Source: Octopus vulgaris
Taxonomy: Eukaryota
Length of the DNA stretch: 64,000 nucleotides
Assembly: GCA_951406725.2 (NCBI GenBank)
Contig: OX597824.1
Coordinates: 89,528,001-89,592,000, forward strand
Reading direction: 5' to 3'
Part shown: piece by piece, positions 14,894 to 28,812 of the stretch
How positions within the stretch are numbered: position 1 is the stretch's first letter
How the letters are laid out: every line of letters starts with the position of its first letter
The notes under the pieces: model-generated
Databases searched by the model: none
What the model saw: only the letters and a program-made list of their open reading frames with translations
What the model was told of the DNA's origin: nothing
Made by a program: the position numbers and the translations under genes

Positions 14894-15300
14894 TTCCAGC
14901 AGTCACTTTCTTGATCCAGAGTAGCACTACCTCATCCAGGCATATAATGTAGGCCTCCGTGTTGAGTGTGAGGCAGTATGGGAAGATGAATGGAGGCATA
15001 ATGTCGCCATCACTAGTGACCACTCCAAACACCGTGATGTTGACTGGATGTTTGATTTTTACACGTCCTCAGATTGCACTGTCCTCGGGTTGATATCCAA
15101 ACACTCTGAAATGTTCGTATAGGAGCTTCCGTCGTTTCTAAATTTCTGGCTGAGTGAATTGCATCATGGTGCTGTTTTTCTCACAGTCGGTGTCCGACGG
15201 ACCCTACTATACTGTGTAGCCGACTAAATCAAACACAAACAACGTACATGCGCAAAATTAAGAATATAAAATGGAGTCAATTTACCCTTCGCACCCTGTA
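14890..15300 (-). mobile_element. Internally deleted Tc1/mariner-superfamily (DD37D/maT-like) transposon remnant
   Basis: TIR start TACAGGGTG at 15300; translates as KIKHPVNITVFGVVTSDGDIMPPFIFPYCLTLNTEAYIICLDEVVLLWIKK, like the transposase VMVWG..P.F..Y...L....LPW region. Confidence 0.8.
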
Positions 15301-15312
15301 TATATATTACAC

Positions 15313-15370
<58 letters not shown>

Positions 15371-15709
15371 CATCATTTATCTATAATTCAGCTTATGATA
15401 AAGCTGCAATAATTAGTGAAAAAAGCAAGCATAAAGGCGAAACATGTACAGAGTTATCTCGTGTCCTTGTTCCCACATTACCAATTACATTAGTCACTGA
15501 TTAAAACTAGATCGTTATTTTCGTTTCTAACCATGTAATTACTTGTAATTAGCTTTTAAATGCTCCCTTCATTAAAGTGTTAATTTATATCTTAAATATT
15601 ATTGTTTCACTTTATAACCACAGAATTAACAGAATGTCAGATAAATTACTTTGTGTTATCTCGTTACAATGCTTTACGTTCTGAGTTCAAATCCCGCATC
15701 ATTCTAGGA

Positions 15710-15961
15710 CACTGGGTCTCAACCGGGGCCCACATATGAACGCTTAGGGAACCATATGGGATTTTGTTGGTAAAATTTATACAATTTATGCAATAAATTA
15801 GTTATATTTTATACAAAGCACAAAATATTTTAACAATTTTTTAATACAATATAAAAGTATAAAAGGATTTTTTTAAATATGGAATGTTTATAGGGGTCCC
15901 TTCCAGTAAACCAGTAATCAAAGGTGTCTTGAGATAAAAAAGAATGGTTTTAGAACAACTG
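15710..15961. mobile_element. hAT/Charlie-type MITE
   Basis: TIRs CAcTGGgTCTCAACC / GGTTttAGAACaACTG; 8-bp TSD ttctagga/ctctagga. Confidence 0.7.
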
Positions 15962-16381
15962 CTCTAGGAGATCGATAAAACAGAAAATTATTGAGATTGA
16001 TTGATTTCTGCGAAAATCTATGGTTTTGAGGCTTTGTAAAAAATTATTTTTTGTTTTCTCTACATCATTAAAATCCTAAAAATAGGCATGAGCATCACGA
16101 CATTGTGAATCCAAATATGCCTCTCACCTCCTTTAAAATATCGTGAAAAGACCGAAATGTGGGCGAGTGATGAAGAAATTCGCTTGGAAATTTCGAGGTC
16201 CTGGGTTCGTTCTTACTGAGTAACGCGTTGGTTAAGTAACTTTTTCCATTGCCAAGAGTTGCCCTATGATTTGTGAGTGAAACTGAATTGATGGAAACTG
16301 TGTGGAAGACTCAAAGTGAGTTTTGAGGAGTCTCAGGGATACATGAGAAATAATTTGGGGCTCCACGTGTTAAGGTTCTTG

Positions 16382-16563
16382 CACTAGCGTAGGTAGAATG
16401 TGTGCCGCCCGGGACTGCCCTTCCGTTTGCCGACCCCGGGCCCCACCAAAAAAAAAAAAAAACAAATATTGTCTGCAGCAGACCCGAAAGTAGTGCCCCT
16501 TTAAAAGTGGCCCATCCCTCCGGGGGCGAACCGCCCTTCCCGGCCCCTTTAGCTATGCGAGTG
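16382..16563. mobile_element. GC-rich hAT-type MITE
   Basis: TIRs CACTAGCGTAG / CTATGCGAGTG; 8-bp TSD ggttcttg/cgttcttg. Confidence 0.6.
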
Positions 16564-17325
16564 CGTTCTTGTAACCGTTTCTCTTTTACTTGTTTTAATC
16601 ATTGGACTGAGCCCTGAGGAATTTTGGCGACGGATGAAGGATTCCACAATTTCCTGTTGGTCAACCGGCACAGATTCTCTCTTTCCTCTCTTTTACTTGT
16701 TTCGGTCATTTGACTGCGGCCATGCTGGAGCACCGCCTTTAGTCGAGCAAATCGACACCGGGTCTTCTTATTCATTGTAAGCCCAGTACTTATTCTATCG
16801 GTCTCTTTTGCCGAACCGCTAAGTGACGGGGCACATAAACACACCAGCATCGGTTGTCAAGCAATGCTAGGGGGACAAACACAGACACACAAACATACAC
16901 ACACATATGTATATACATATATACGACGGGCTTCTTTCAGTTTCTTCTTTCAGAATCTAGGGCAAGTGTAAATGAATTTGGCAGATAGAGACTGTGTGGA
17001 AGCCCGTTGTATGTGTGTGTGGGGCTTGTATGTATGTTATGTGTGTGTGTATGTGTGGGCGGTGGTGTATGCATGTATGTTATATATGTATGTGTGAGTG
17101 TGTCGATGGGGGTGCGTATCTTTATGACGTGACTACACTGCTTAACAACCGATATTGGTTTGTTTATTCCCCAGCGGTTCGGCAAAAGGAATTCGATAGA
17201 ATGAGTACGAGATTTAAAAAAAAAAAGAAGAAAAGAATGTGAGTACTGGTGGCGATTTTTTCGACTAAACTCTTCAGAGTGATACTCCAGCATGGCCGCA
17301 GTTCAACGACTGAATATATATATAT

Positions 17326-17741
17326 AGGCGCAGGAGTGGCTGTGTGGTAAGTAGCTTGCTAACCAACCACATGATTCCGGGTTCAGTCCCACTGCGGGGC
17401 ATCTTGAGCAAGTGTCTTCTGCTATAGCCCCGGGCCGACCAATGCCTTGTGAGTGGATTTGGTAGACGGAAACTGAAAGAAGCCTGTCGTATATATGTAT
17501 ATATATATATATGTATATGTGTGTGTGTGTTTGTGTGTCTGTGTTTGTCCCCCTAGCATTGCTTGACAACCGATGCTGGTGTGTTTATGTCCCCGTTACT
17601 TCGCGGTTCGGCAAAAAGAGACCGATAGAATAAGTACTGGGCTTACAAAAAGAATAAGTCCCGGGGTCGAGTTGCTCGATTAAAGGCGGTGCTCCAGCAT
17701 GGCCGCAGTCAAATGACTGAAACAAGTAAAAGAGTAAAAGA

Positions 17742-17742
<1 letters not shown>
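17326..17742 (+). mobile_element. tRNA-derived SINE family A, full-length representative (other copies ~186-400-, 9041-9490-, 16680-16945-, 32779-32930+, 37595-38220+, 40310-40470-, 49410-49580-, 53720-54195-, 54567-54875+)
   Basis: Head ggcgcaggagtggctgtgtggtaag...gggttcagtccc with A/B-box-like motifs, internal TA/TG microsatellite, conserved tail; many dispersed copies. Confidence 0.9.
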
Positions 17743-17802
<60 letters not shown>

Positions 17803-18244
17803 TAAAAACGGTAAGATAACAAAAGAAAGAATGAGACCTCAATATTATGTAAATAGAGGACATTTATCTGTAAATTAATATGTTGTGGATTTCCACTTCG
17901 GCATCTGAAACTCAGATTTTTATCTTGACTATTGTATAATGGTAACATATTAATTTACATATACATATATATATATAGTTTTCCTATCTTGTTGTTTTAT
18001 GCATCCCTACGGCCATGGTGTAGCATCGCCTCGAAGAAGTTTTAGTCGAATTAATCGACCTCAATGTTTATTTTTAAGGCCTGGTATTTATTTTGTAGGT
18101 CACCTCTGCTGAACCGCTGTGTTACGAGGACATAAGTACATCAACACCTGTTGTCAAGCGGAAGTGGGGGACAACGACACAAACACTTACCCTCCCTACA
18201 CACACACACACACACATATACATTACATACACACATACACACAC

Positions 18245-18277
<33 letters not shown>

Positions 18278-18325
18278 TATATATATGTGTGTGTGTGTGT
18301 GTGTGTATGTGTGTGTGTGTGTGTG

Positions 18326-18615
18326 TGGAGGCGCAATGGCCCAGTGGTTAGGGTAGCGGAATCGCGGTCGTAGGATCGCAGTTTCGATTCCCAGACCGGG
18401 CGTTGTGAGTGTTTATTGAGCGAAAACTCCTAAAGCTCCACGATGCTCCGGCAGGGGATGGTGGCGATCCCTGCTGTACTCTTTCGCCAAAACTTTCTCT
18501 CGCCTGCTCGCTTAGCCAGCGGGGTGGCGTCATTTGAAGGCTATAAAAAATGCGAAGCGCATTGTGACCAGCGATGTGTAACAACATCTGATAGCTTGGT
18601 CGGTCACGGTGATCA
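18326..18615 (+). mobile_element. tRNA-derived SINE family C representative (other copies ~22882-23130+, 28225-28540-, 35138-35441-, 40723-40825+, 42385-42640-, 58880-59212-, 63247-63640-)
   Basis: Head ggaggcgcaatggcccagtggttaggg...gtttcgattccc with A/B boxes; this copy is nested in the microsatellite of a family-A copy. Confidence 0.9.
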
Positions 18616-18617
18616 CA

Positions 18618-18655
<38 letters not shown>

Positions 18656-19259
18656 ATGTATGTTTGTATGTATACACACCGGGCTTCTTTTAGTTTCCGC
18701 CTCCCAAATGCACTGACGAGGGTTTGGCCAGCCCGAGACTAAAGTAGAAAATGGCTGCCCAAGGGGCCACAGAATGCGACTAAATCCCGGAAGTATGTGA
18801 ACCGGGAAGCAAGTTTCTTACCACACAGCCACACCTGCGAACTACGTTATTTATTTTCTATTTTAATTTACACAATTTACCTGTTTCTAAAGACAGTTTA
18901 GTGGAATTTTTGGCTGCTATTTCCGGCATATCGAGCAATCACGTAAAAATTCCTGCGAGAGCTGGGTGAATGCAATTGGGAGAGTTAAGGAATAAAGAAA
19001 GAAGGTTAAGGGTTAGGTTTTATAAATAATATGAAGTAGGTTAATGACATCATTACGTTTGTTTGTTTTTTCCAGAAGAGGGCAGTTAGAGGGTTTTTTT
19101 TTTCTCCAGTTGTTTGTTATATTGAACGTCACAACGGTTGATAGGTGGATCGGCATTGAAGGGAGTAGCAACATCTAAGTGGACAGCGATTGTGGAGGCA
19201 CGGCGATAGGTACGTGCAGACGTCTACATGGTTAAGTATGTATCGCGTGTGCGAAAGGG

Positions 19260-19314
<55 letters not shown>

Positions 19315-19353
19315 ATGTATGTTTGTATATATATATATAAGCATATATATATG

Positions 19354-19450
<97 letters not shown>

Positions 19451-19685
19451 ATGTATGTGTCTATGTATTTATGTCCATGTATTGCCAAGCGGAAGTAGAT
19501 ATGTTACATGCGTAAAGAGAAAAGGGCTGGTTTCTTAAAGTGCTCCTTAAAATCGGGAGTGTTGTGTTGCTATGACGTCCTATGACGAAAATGTGACATC
19601 AAACGGAAATCAGAAATTGGATCATTCATTGGGTTGTCTCCCCTTATGAAGTGATTTCGCCACAGAAACACGATTCCAAAGTCGC

Positions 19686-20295
19686 ATGCACACACACACA
19701 CACACACACGCACACACACACACACGCACGCACACACGCACGCACGCGCTTACACTCACACGCTCACGCGCTCTCTAACAATGACGTATGCGCAAATGTG
19801 TATGTGTATGTTACTATATCTGTTCAGGCTTTTGCGTGTGTGTGTATGCATGTGTGTGTGTGTGTATATGCGTATGTGTGTGCATGTGCGCGCACGTGTG
19901 TGTATGTGTGTATGTGGTGTATGTGCGTATATGTGTGTGTGTGTGTGCGTGCGCACGTGTGTATGTGTGCCTGTATGTGTGTGTGCGTGTATGTGCGCGC
20001 GCGCGCGCGCGTGTGTGTGCGCGCACGTGTGTATGTCTGCGTGTATGTGTGTGTGTGTGTGCGTGCGCACGTGTGTATGTGTGCCTGTATGTGTGTGGTG
20101 TGTATGTGTGTGTGCATGTATGCGTGTGTGCATGTGTGCATGTGCGTGTGTGCGTGTATGTGCGTGTGTGAGTGAGTGCGTGTGTGTGTGTGTGCATGTG
20201 TGCGTGTGCGTGTGTGCGTGTATATGTGTGCGTGTGTGCGTGTATGTGTGCGTGTGTGTGTGAGTATGTGTGTGTGTGCGCATGTGTGTGTGTGT
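19686..20295. repeat. Complex (CA/TG/CG)n microsatellite-minisatellite
   Basis: Alternating purine-pyrimidine array with a higher-order repeated unit. Confidence 0.9.
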
Positions 20296-20949
20296 AAGGC
20301 GGTGAGCTGGCAGAATCCTCAGCATATTGGACAAAAGGTTTGGTAACACATCTTCTGGCTCTTTACGTTCTGATTTCAAACCCTGCCGAGGTCAACTTTG
20401 CCTTTCATCCCTTCGGGGATCGATAAAAGAAAGTACCAGTGAAATATTTATTTCCTTATTGCCCACAAGGGGCTAAACACAGAGGGGACAAACAAGAACA
20501 GACAAAGGGATTAAGTCGATTACATCGAAACCAGTGCGTAACTGGTACTTTATTTAACGACCCCGAAAGGATGAAAGGCAAAGTCGAACTCGGCGGAATT
20601 TGAACTCAGAACGTAGTGGCAGACGAAATACTGCTCAGCATTTCGCCCGGCGTGCTAACGTTTCTGCCAGCTCGCCGCCTTCCAGTGAAATATTGTTGCT
20701 AATATAATCGACCAGGCCCTTCCTCTCAAAACATTGCTGGTCTTGAACTCTGCAACGGACAGGCGCTCACTTCAATGTCATGGAAAGCGGCAACAGGCAT
20801 TACGTGTCCTAGGGCTAAAAAAGAAAGAAGAAAACCGTTTGCTTGTGTGGAAGACGAAGCCTCTGTGGATGCCTGGATGAGTCTTGTGACTGCGACCTTG
20901 CTGGAGCACCGCCTTGACGAATATCTTGTCGAATAAATCGACCCCAGTA

Positions 20950-20988
<39 letters not shown>

Positions 20989-23900
20989 TATTATTTTTTT
21001 TTTTGGAGCGTGTTACTTATTCTATCAGTTCTTTTGCTGAACTGCTAAGTTATGGGGACGTAAACAAACCAACACTGATTGTCAAGCAGTGGTAGGAGCC
21101 GAAGTCACAAACTCTCTGTTGCTGATGCTGAAATTCCAATGAAGGAGCCTTGGATTTTGGTTAGAAACCGGTCCTTTCTCTATTGGTAAGAAATCTTGAA
21201 ATAAGACTGAATAATGACATTCATACACATGGATGGATGGATGTGAGGCGGGTTTCTAGGAATCCAGCAGGACTAAAAACAAGATCTAAAAAAAGGACGG
21301 TTGAACCCAGTGTAGGTTCAACGAGTGTCTAGCAATATCATGGGCCTTCAGAAATTCTGGGTTAGTATCATTGGGAGTGAGACAGCCCTTTGCCACTGCT
21401 AAAGCATGTCCCTTGGAAAGAGTAACTTTAATATAAAACTAGATATACAAGGAATGGCATTGAGCAATCAAGCAGTCCAAATGTTGGTACGAGTATTGGC
21501 ACTGCAAACACATTTTGGGCCACTGTTTTATTGAATGCAGAGAGTTCTGAGGTTCAAATTTTCTTTATCCGACAGTAAGATTCTTTGGTGACACATATTT
21601 TGTTATAGGTGCCATTGTAAGATATATTTTAATCCACCCCTAGATACTTGTAAAATTCCTCGTCAGTATATATATAGTTACTGACTTCATTCCCGGAATT
21701 TGATATTCTAGGCTCACGAAAATTTATGATACGCGGAGCTGAGTCAAACCGTCATGAAGTACATACAACTGTGACTTAAAGTGTTGGACACAATTTTTTT
21801 TCCATTCGTTCAATCCTTCGCCGTCTCAAGATCTGGCTCCAGCGTAATCAGAAAACGGATAACAAAGTCGTCTGAATGGCGCTGAGTCAGTACAATCCCC
21901 AAATTTACCACATTTTTAAAGCTCGGCTATTGATATAGGATAGGTGATTGCAACCGGTCATTGATCTTGTTCCGAGACGACACTTGCAGAGGTTCGTAGC
22001 AATCCTAGCCACTTGCATCCGCTCGATAATCTCAACACACGTCAGTGAAACTCCATGCCACATCCAAAACCACTCCTGTCTGGAATGCAATGGAAATTGC
22101 ATATGCCAAAGCTTGAACTTTCCTACGACGGATGTTTTGTCCATTGACAGTTCGTTCACTTGCCATTTTTGGATTTTGTCCTCCTCACTTCTATCTTTGA
22201 TGAAATATGATAATTGTGAGCAATTAGCATACTTTTTCCAGGCTCTTCACAAGATCCTACGCTAAGGTGGACATGGCTTCTGCAACCCCGCATTTCGCTT
22301 CTTTTTACTTCCATTTGACGAGCGTTACACAACGCGATTTTTTTGCTTTAAAATTCATTCTTGTCCAGCTTATCAACTTCTCATTCAGTGCAGTATTTCT
22401 CTTCTGAATGTCCGCCCTTTCTTAAAAACGCAACATCGTCCACCATAACTTTATTTGAAAAACAGATCTTTATTCTGTGGCCGGAGATCATTGAAGGATG
22501 ACTTCAGTTCAAAGTATGAACCATAAAATACTGTATGTCAAGCTACAATTCCTGCCCTCACTTTGTACCAAGCCGTTGTCTAAAATGTTGTGGTAAAGCG
22601 CATGTAGAACTTACAATAATATTACACCATAAATAGGGGGCGAGCTTGAAGAATCGTCAGCACGCCGGGCAAAGTGCTTTGCGGCATTTCCTCCATCTTT
22701 AGCATCCGAGTTCAAATTCCGACGAGGTCAACTCTGCTTTTCACCCTTTCAGGGTCGATAAACGAATTACCAGTTGAGCAGAGAGGTTGATGTAATCGTC
22801 AGACCTTCTCCTTCGAACATTCTGGCCAAGTACCAAAAACAGAAAGCGGAATCCAGAATAACTCCACAGCACCACACTCAAGTGGAGGTGCGTGGGTTAG
22901 TGGTTAGGGGTATTGGACTCACGATCGTAAGATTGTGGTTTCGATTCCTGGACGAGGGTGACGCGTTGTGTTCATGAGCAAAACACTTCATTTTACATTG
23001 CTCAGTCCACGCAGCCGGCAAAGATGAGTAACCCTGCGACGGATCGGCGTCCCGTCCAGATAGGGAATTCATACGCTATGGAAACTGGGAAACCGACCCT
23101 TATAAGTATATATGACTCGGGAAGGAACTTTACATTATTTTTTTTACTATACTCAAATCATTCGGGCAGAGATTATCCGAAAGCATTTACCAGGAAGGAT
23201 TATACAACTGCCAGTTTACTTTCCCCACCATTTGATGTCCGCGTGGCATCCGAGATCATGAAAGTATGTTCTATGCATCCTCATACACCTGAGCTTCAAC
23301 TATTGGCATCGTTTCATCGATATAACCGTTATCTGACAGAATTACCTATTTATTTATTACCCACAAGGGGCTAAACACAGAGGGGACAAACAAGGACAGA
23401 CAAACGGATTAAGTCGATTATATCAACCCCAGTGCGTAACTGGTACTTAATTTATCGACTCCGAAAGGATGAAAGGCAAAGTCGACCTCGGCGGAATTTG
23501 AACTCAGAACGTAATGGCAGACGAAATACGGCTACGCATTTCGCCCGACGTGCTAACGATTCTGCCAGCTCGCCAGAATTATCAGTAAATATCTGGCCAT
23601 AATGCCAAAGAATATTTCGCCTTTTCTATTCACGAAGAAAGCTGGAGTGAATTGGTTAAGAAATGGTCGAATTCTTCTCTTTGGGACGTGGATACTGTCC
23701 ACTCTCTTGCCGAGCAATTCATAATCATAATAAAATAAACAGGTGAGAGATGCTTTGCTCTGTGCAGTAGATATTCAGAGTCACAAGCGTTTGGCCCATT
23801 AACCTGTACACTTCATCTGAAAGGGGCAGCAAGGATTGAGCTAGTCTTCACCCGTGGAAGGGGTCCACTGATGGTCTCTTATCAACCATAGCCATCTTGA

Positions 23901-24364
23901 GCTAGTTTCAGCTGCCGTGTCTATCTCCTTTTAAAGAATCTTTTAAACAAATTATGGATTTTTTTCATATATAGGTTTATGTTTCTATAGGATTGACTAT
24001 TAATCAAAAATAGTGCATCATCTCTATAGAGTCCACCTTTAATGTCAGGAAATTCATTGTGGAAATGATATAGTATGCATATACCTAATAAGTTTGTAAC
24101 TTTTTATCATTATATTCATAGTATATTATAGTATAAATATATTATTGGATTGTCGATTGTATATCTTTATTTAATTTATGTATGTATGTATGTATGTATG
24201 TATGTATGTATGTATGTATGTATGTATGTATGTATGTATGTATGTATGCATGCATGTATGTATGTATGTATGTATGTATGTATGTATGTATGTATGTATG
24301 TATGTATGTATGTATGTGTGTATGTATGAATGTATGTGTGTGTGTATGCATGTATGTATGTATG

Positions 24365-24392
<28 letters not shown>

Positions 24393-24395
<3 letters not shown>

Positions 24396-24716
24396 TAATC
24401 GGACAGAATACCCGATCGCGTGGTTAAACCATTGGGAGTGAAGGACTCCCAGCCTTTGTTAGGGCATCCTTCTAAGAGAAGGTAACTCAGGTAACTGGGA
24501 TAACTCCGACATAAATCCTGCGGCTCAGTGGTTACCGATGATGTTGACTTGTTCTTCTTTTCGGATTATGGCTGCTGTTGATTAGTGAGTGGGATTGACT
24601 CAGTGCACAGCCTTTCCTCACTTTAAAAAAAATCTTCTTGCACAGGTATTGCACGATAACAACATTGATTAAGCTTCGTGCAATGGCCATACTCGATAAC
24701 GAGGGTGCAGCCACCA
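24393..24716 (+). mobile_element. 5'-truncated copy of the (ATGT)n-tailed retroposon
   Basis: Reverse complement of 13081-13400; ends gcagccacc(atgt)n. Confidence 0.8.
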
Positions 24717-25363
24717 TGTATGTATGTATGTATGTATGTATGTATGTATGTATGTATGTATGTATGTATGTATGTATGTGTGTATGTATGAATGTATGTG
24801 TGTGTGTATGCATGTATGTATGTATGTATGTATATATGTATGTAAGTATGTATGTATGTATGTATGTATGTATGTATGTATGTATGTATGTATGTGTGTA
24901 TGTATGTATGTATGTATGTGTGTATGTATGAATGTATGTATGCATGTGTGTATGTATGTATGGTAGCCCGAAAGTAATGCAAAAGTATGAGTCGTTCAAA
25001 CGGTTCGGGGCGTAGCTCTTCGCCTCGTGACTGTTTTTCCTGTTCTCCTTCAGCGCAGGCAAATAACAGGGTCCAAGCATTAACAACGCCAATGACGAAG
25101 ACGGGTTGTTGACTGTCCAGCATCTACAGACGTCAACAGATGCAACAGATGCATAGATGGATGAAGAAGCTTAAAGGAGTGAGAATACCATCGAAGACAT
25201 GAAAACAACCATAACAATGTGCAACCACACACAAATTAGCAACAAATTGGGCTGACCAGTGGTCACTCATCCACCCACCGTACAGTCAGAAACTGGGGTG
25301 ACCCCGACTACCACCAGTTTGATCCAACGAAGAACAGTCTACGTTGAGAACGATTTGATGTCA

Positions 25364-25490
25364 CAGGAATACCAGATAAGCCACCCATACCTGGATACAA
25401 CTCACTCAACAAGAACTCACTACTTGAACGGACCATAATACCATACAACTTGACTTAAAAAGGATTTAGATTTCACTACCAGGTTGTGCT
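25364..25490 (+). mobile_element. Short 3' fragment of the CR1-group LINE, tail-to-tail with the 26100-27790 copy
   Basis: Matches the reverse complement of 26165-26295. Confidence 0.75.
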
Positions 25491-26099
25491 GGGAAGAAAT
25501 GAACAGAACTGTACTCAACAGTGGCACAAATGCATGGCTCGTGTTGGAGACGATGTTGAATAATAGCTTTGCACTGGGGAAGAGATTACCCACATAGGCA
25601 ATTAATAACAATGTCAATTAATAACAACACTATGGCCCTTTTGCGCTACTTTCGGTACGACTCTCGGGTGTGTATATGCATGTGTGTTCCTTATGAAAAC
25701 AATATACAAACGTGGGAGAAATAACACATGACATTTCAGTACACTTCGTAACTGTTAAGAAGAGCTAATCTCTAACATTCAGCGATAAAAAAAGGCTAGG
25801 AAGCACTAAAGTACATGAATAAATAGATAAATAAATAGAGAAGAATCAGAATATCATAAAAAACACTATTTCCCTTTATTTTTAGAAAATGTCATTGCTC
25901 AGTCCAAACGACTCAATGCCTCCAGATGAAATTAATGGCTCAATCCTCCAACCTCATGTTTCGCCTGCATTGAGTTTTTAAAGCGGTTGGTCTGCTCAGT
26001 TTCGACCGTCAGGCCTTCTCTTTAGTCATTACTGACAGGCAAACGAAAAGTACCTGCTCCCTCTTGCCAGAAGAAGGCAGCAAGAATATTTTTACCATA

Positions 26100-27790
26100 A
26101 AACTTAAGATAAAACTTAGATATGTTTCGACCAAATATTGGTTCAGGCCATATCTAACTTAATAGCACAACCTGATAGTGAAATCTAAATCCTTTTCAAG
26201 TCAAGTTTTGTGGTATCATGGTCCATTCGAGTGGTGAGTTCTTGTTGACTGAGCTGTCTCCATGTATGGGTGGCTTATCTGGTGGTATTCCTTGAAGAAA
26301 TTTATCCAGACTCTGTTTAAAGGTGATGGGATACTTTTCCTCTTTGATCAGTTTTGGGATACTGTTAAATAGGGCAGGGTCTGTTGAGGAAAAGAAATTG
26401 TGTCGCAGTGTACCTATATGTTGTGATCCTGAATTTGGCAGAGGATGTATGGCCCGTGGTCCCAGTCTTGAATGAACCTTGAAATTAATGTTAAGGTTGT
26501 TTGGGCAATGCTGGCGGTATATTCTCCACATCGTGCAAATGGTATACCGCTCGCGGTTCACCAATTGCTTTAAGGCGGTTCCAGTTATTGAGATCAGTTA
26601 TGCCTTCAATTCGTTTAGTGAGTGCCTTCTGGGGTGATTCAATCTTCGAGATGTTTTTTTGTATGGGGAAACCACAAGGGGCAGCAGTATTCGAGGTGTG
26701 GCCGTACAAAGGAGGAGAAAAGTGGAATGATGACACCTTGTTCCTGGACCGGAAGGTTCTTAAGATCCAGGAGCTCATCCTACGAGCTATATCGACCTTA
26801 TTGTTGACGTGGGCACTCCAAGTGAGATTGTTATCAACAATTACACCTAGGTCTCTGAAATTGTTAGATGCTGTTGCGGCTCCCCTGAAGGAAGAGAGTA
26901 TGGCCGTTTTAGTATAGTCTTTCTTCCAAAATGCTTCAGCTCAAATGTTCCTTCGTTTAGTTGCATTTTGTTTTTATCTTCACATTGACTCACAGCATAT
27001 AGAGATCAGATTTGAGTTGAGTTCGGTCTTCTTCTTCATTGATGATTTGCTGGAGCTTAGTGTCATCAGCAAATATTTTCACTTTGCAGTGATTTACGAC
27101 GCTGGAAAGGTCGTTTATGTAGATTATTAAGAGGAGCAGGCCCAGGACGAGCCCACTGGTAACTTTTGCTGGGCTTGAGTGGATTCCATCGACCACAACA
27201 TGTGTTCTATTCCCCAGGAAATACTTAATGCAGTGTAGAAGTTTTCCACGGATTCCAACATTTGCCAACTTTGAGAGTAAGATATTATGGTCAACCCTGT
27301 CGAACGCTTTACTGAAGTCAAGATATATGACATCAGATTCGAACCTGTTCCCAAGGCTTTAAGTATATCTTCAATGTGGTGTAAGAGCTGTGTTAGACAG
27401 TCCCTGCCACAGCGAAAGCCATGCTGATTTGCATTTGGGAGTTTGTGGGTCTCCAGGGAGCCAGCTACCCTCGATCTTACCGCTCTTTCAAACACTTTAA
27501 TGATGTAGGAGGTGAGTGAGATTAGGCGATAGCTGACTGCGGGGGATCTGTTTCCCTGTTTGAAAACCGGGATGACAGACCGGGTTAGGAGCTGGTTCGG
27601 TATATAACCTGAGTCTAAAGAATTTCTCCAGAGGTTGGTCAGAGGGACTGCAAGTTGGTGTCTACATTCCTTGAGGGTACTAGCAGGGAATCTATCAGGG
27701 CCTACAGCAGAGTAGTATTTGACATCATTTATTGCTGCTATGATGTCTGAGGCAGTGGTGGTTATGTCCGAGATTTTATGCTGGGAATAC
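26100..27790 (-). mobile_element. CR1/L2-group LINE, 5'-truncated, frameshifted RT pseudogene
   Basis: GPDRFPA, YRLISLTSYIIKVFER, QHGFR, LGLLLLIIYINDL, FADDTKL motifs; short tandem tail near 26100-26125. Confidence 0.92.
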
Positions 27791-27908
27791 ACGCATATAT
27801 GTATATATATATATGTGTATATATATATATATATATATTTATATATAGAGGGCATTATACATACATGCCAGAAGGCATTATATTTAAGTAGTTGTCCTTA
27901 ATTGCTAA

Positions 27909-27941
<33 letters not shown>

Positions 27942-28636
27942 TGTATGTATGTATGTATGTATGTATGTATGTATGTATCTGTATAAACACATGTAATTTG
28001 GTAAAATGATTCAATACATTTCTCAGCGTAGGTGCTGTCTTATAGGTACTTTTGTACACGCAGTTTGCTTTGGTACTCACTATCATCCATAGACTTTGAC
28101 GTAGAGGCTACCTCTTTGGGTTACTTTTACTGATTGTTGTCGTAACAAACTATCTTAATTGCAAAGTAAGTTCATATCTTCTCTTGTCTCCACTTCACTC
28201 CTTTTGACAATTTTCTTTACTCCGCCGGTTACGACGACGAGGGTCCCAGTTGATACGAATCAACGGAACAGCTTGCTCGTGAAATTAACGTGCAAATGGC
28301 TGAGCATTCCACAGACACGTGTACCCTTAACGTAGTTCTCGGGGATAATCAGCGTGACACGGAGAGTGACAAGGCTGACACTTTGAAGTACAAGTACAAC
28401 TCATTTTTGCCAGCTGAGTGGACTGGAGCAACGTGAAATAAAGTGTCTTGCTCAAGGACACAACGCATCGCCGGGAATCGAACTCACAACCTTACGATCA
28501 TGAGCCGAATGCCCTAACCACTAACCCACGCGCCCTCACTGACAATTAGATCAACGCAAACGAAAACACGCAACCTAGAACTGTATGAACTGTTTCTCAT
28601 CATTTGTCGTCTTCAAATTTTTTTGTTTAATTTCAG

Positions 28637-28812
28637 ATGTCAACGTCAGCTCCCTAACTGACAAGATAAAAGGGATCATCATTGGGATCCCTATACCGTT
28701 TCCAACGTCACAACCGGATGCTTGCACAGGGAAAGGTTTAACCTGTCCCCTACTGCAAGGACGAAACTACACTTACCGCAGTGTCATGTTTGTCCGCGAC
28801 ACATATCCAAGA
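28637..28812 (+). CDS. NPC2: NPC2 coding exon 3 (NVNVSSLTDKIKGIIIGIPIPFPTSQPDACTGKGLTCPLLQGRNYTYRSVMFVRDTYPR)
   Basis: Acceptor tttcag|, donor AGA|gtaagt; hallmark G-x-x-x-G-x-P-x-PFP...DAC...G-x-x-CP...YTY...YP motifs. Confidence 0.96.

Noticed and set aside
18326-18400. SINE heads as tRNA genes
   Set aside because: No proper cloverleaf, and they continue into SINE bodies present in many copies.
21130-21180. Hammerhead-like CCAATGA...GAAACCGGTC (similarly weak motif at ~51085-51120)
   Set aside because: Core mismatch and no stem I complementarity.
21720-22450. Possible old transposase remnant on the minus strand
   Set aside because: Non-repetitive complexity, but no motif could be recognised confidently.
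24710-24718. Perfect Kozak GCCACCATG
   Set aside because: It is the retroposon end joined to its (ATGT)n tail and leads only into microsatellite translation.
28099-28170. Hydrophobic RRGYLFGLLLLIVVVTNYLNCK followed by gtaagt as an alternative NPC2 first exon
   Set aside because: In-frame stop immediately upstream, no ATG, and phase 0 is incompatible with exon 3.
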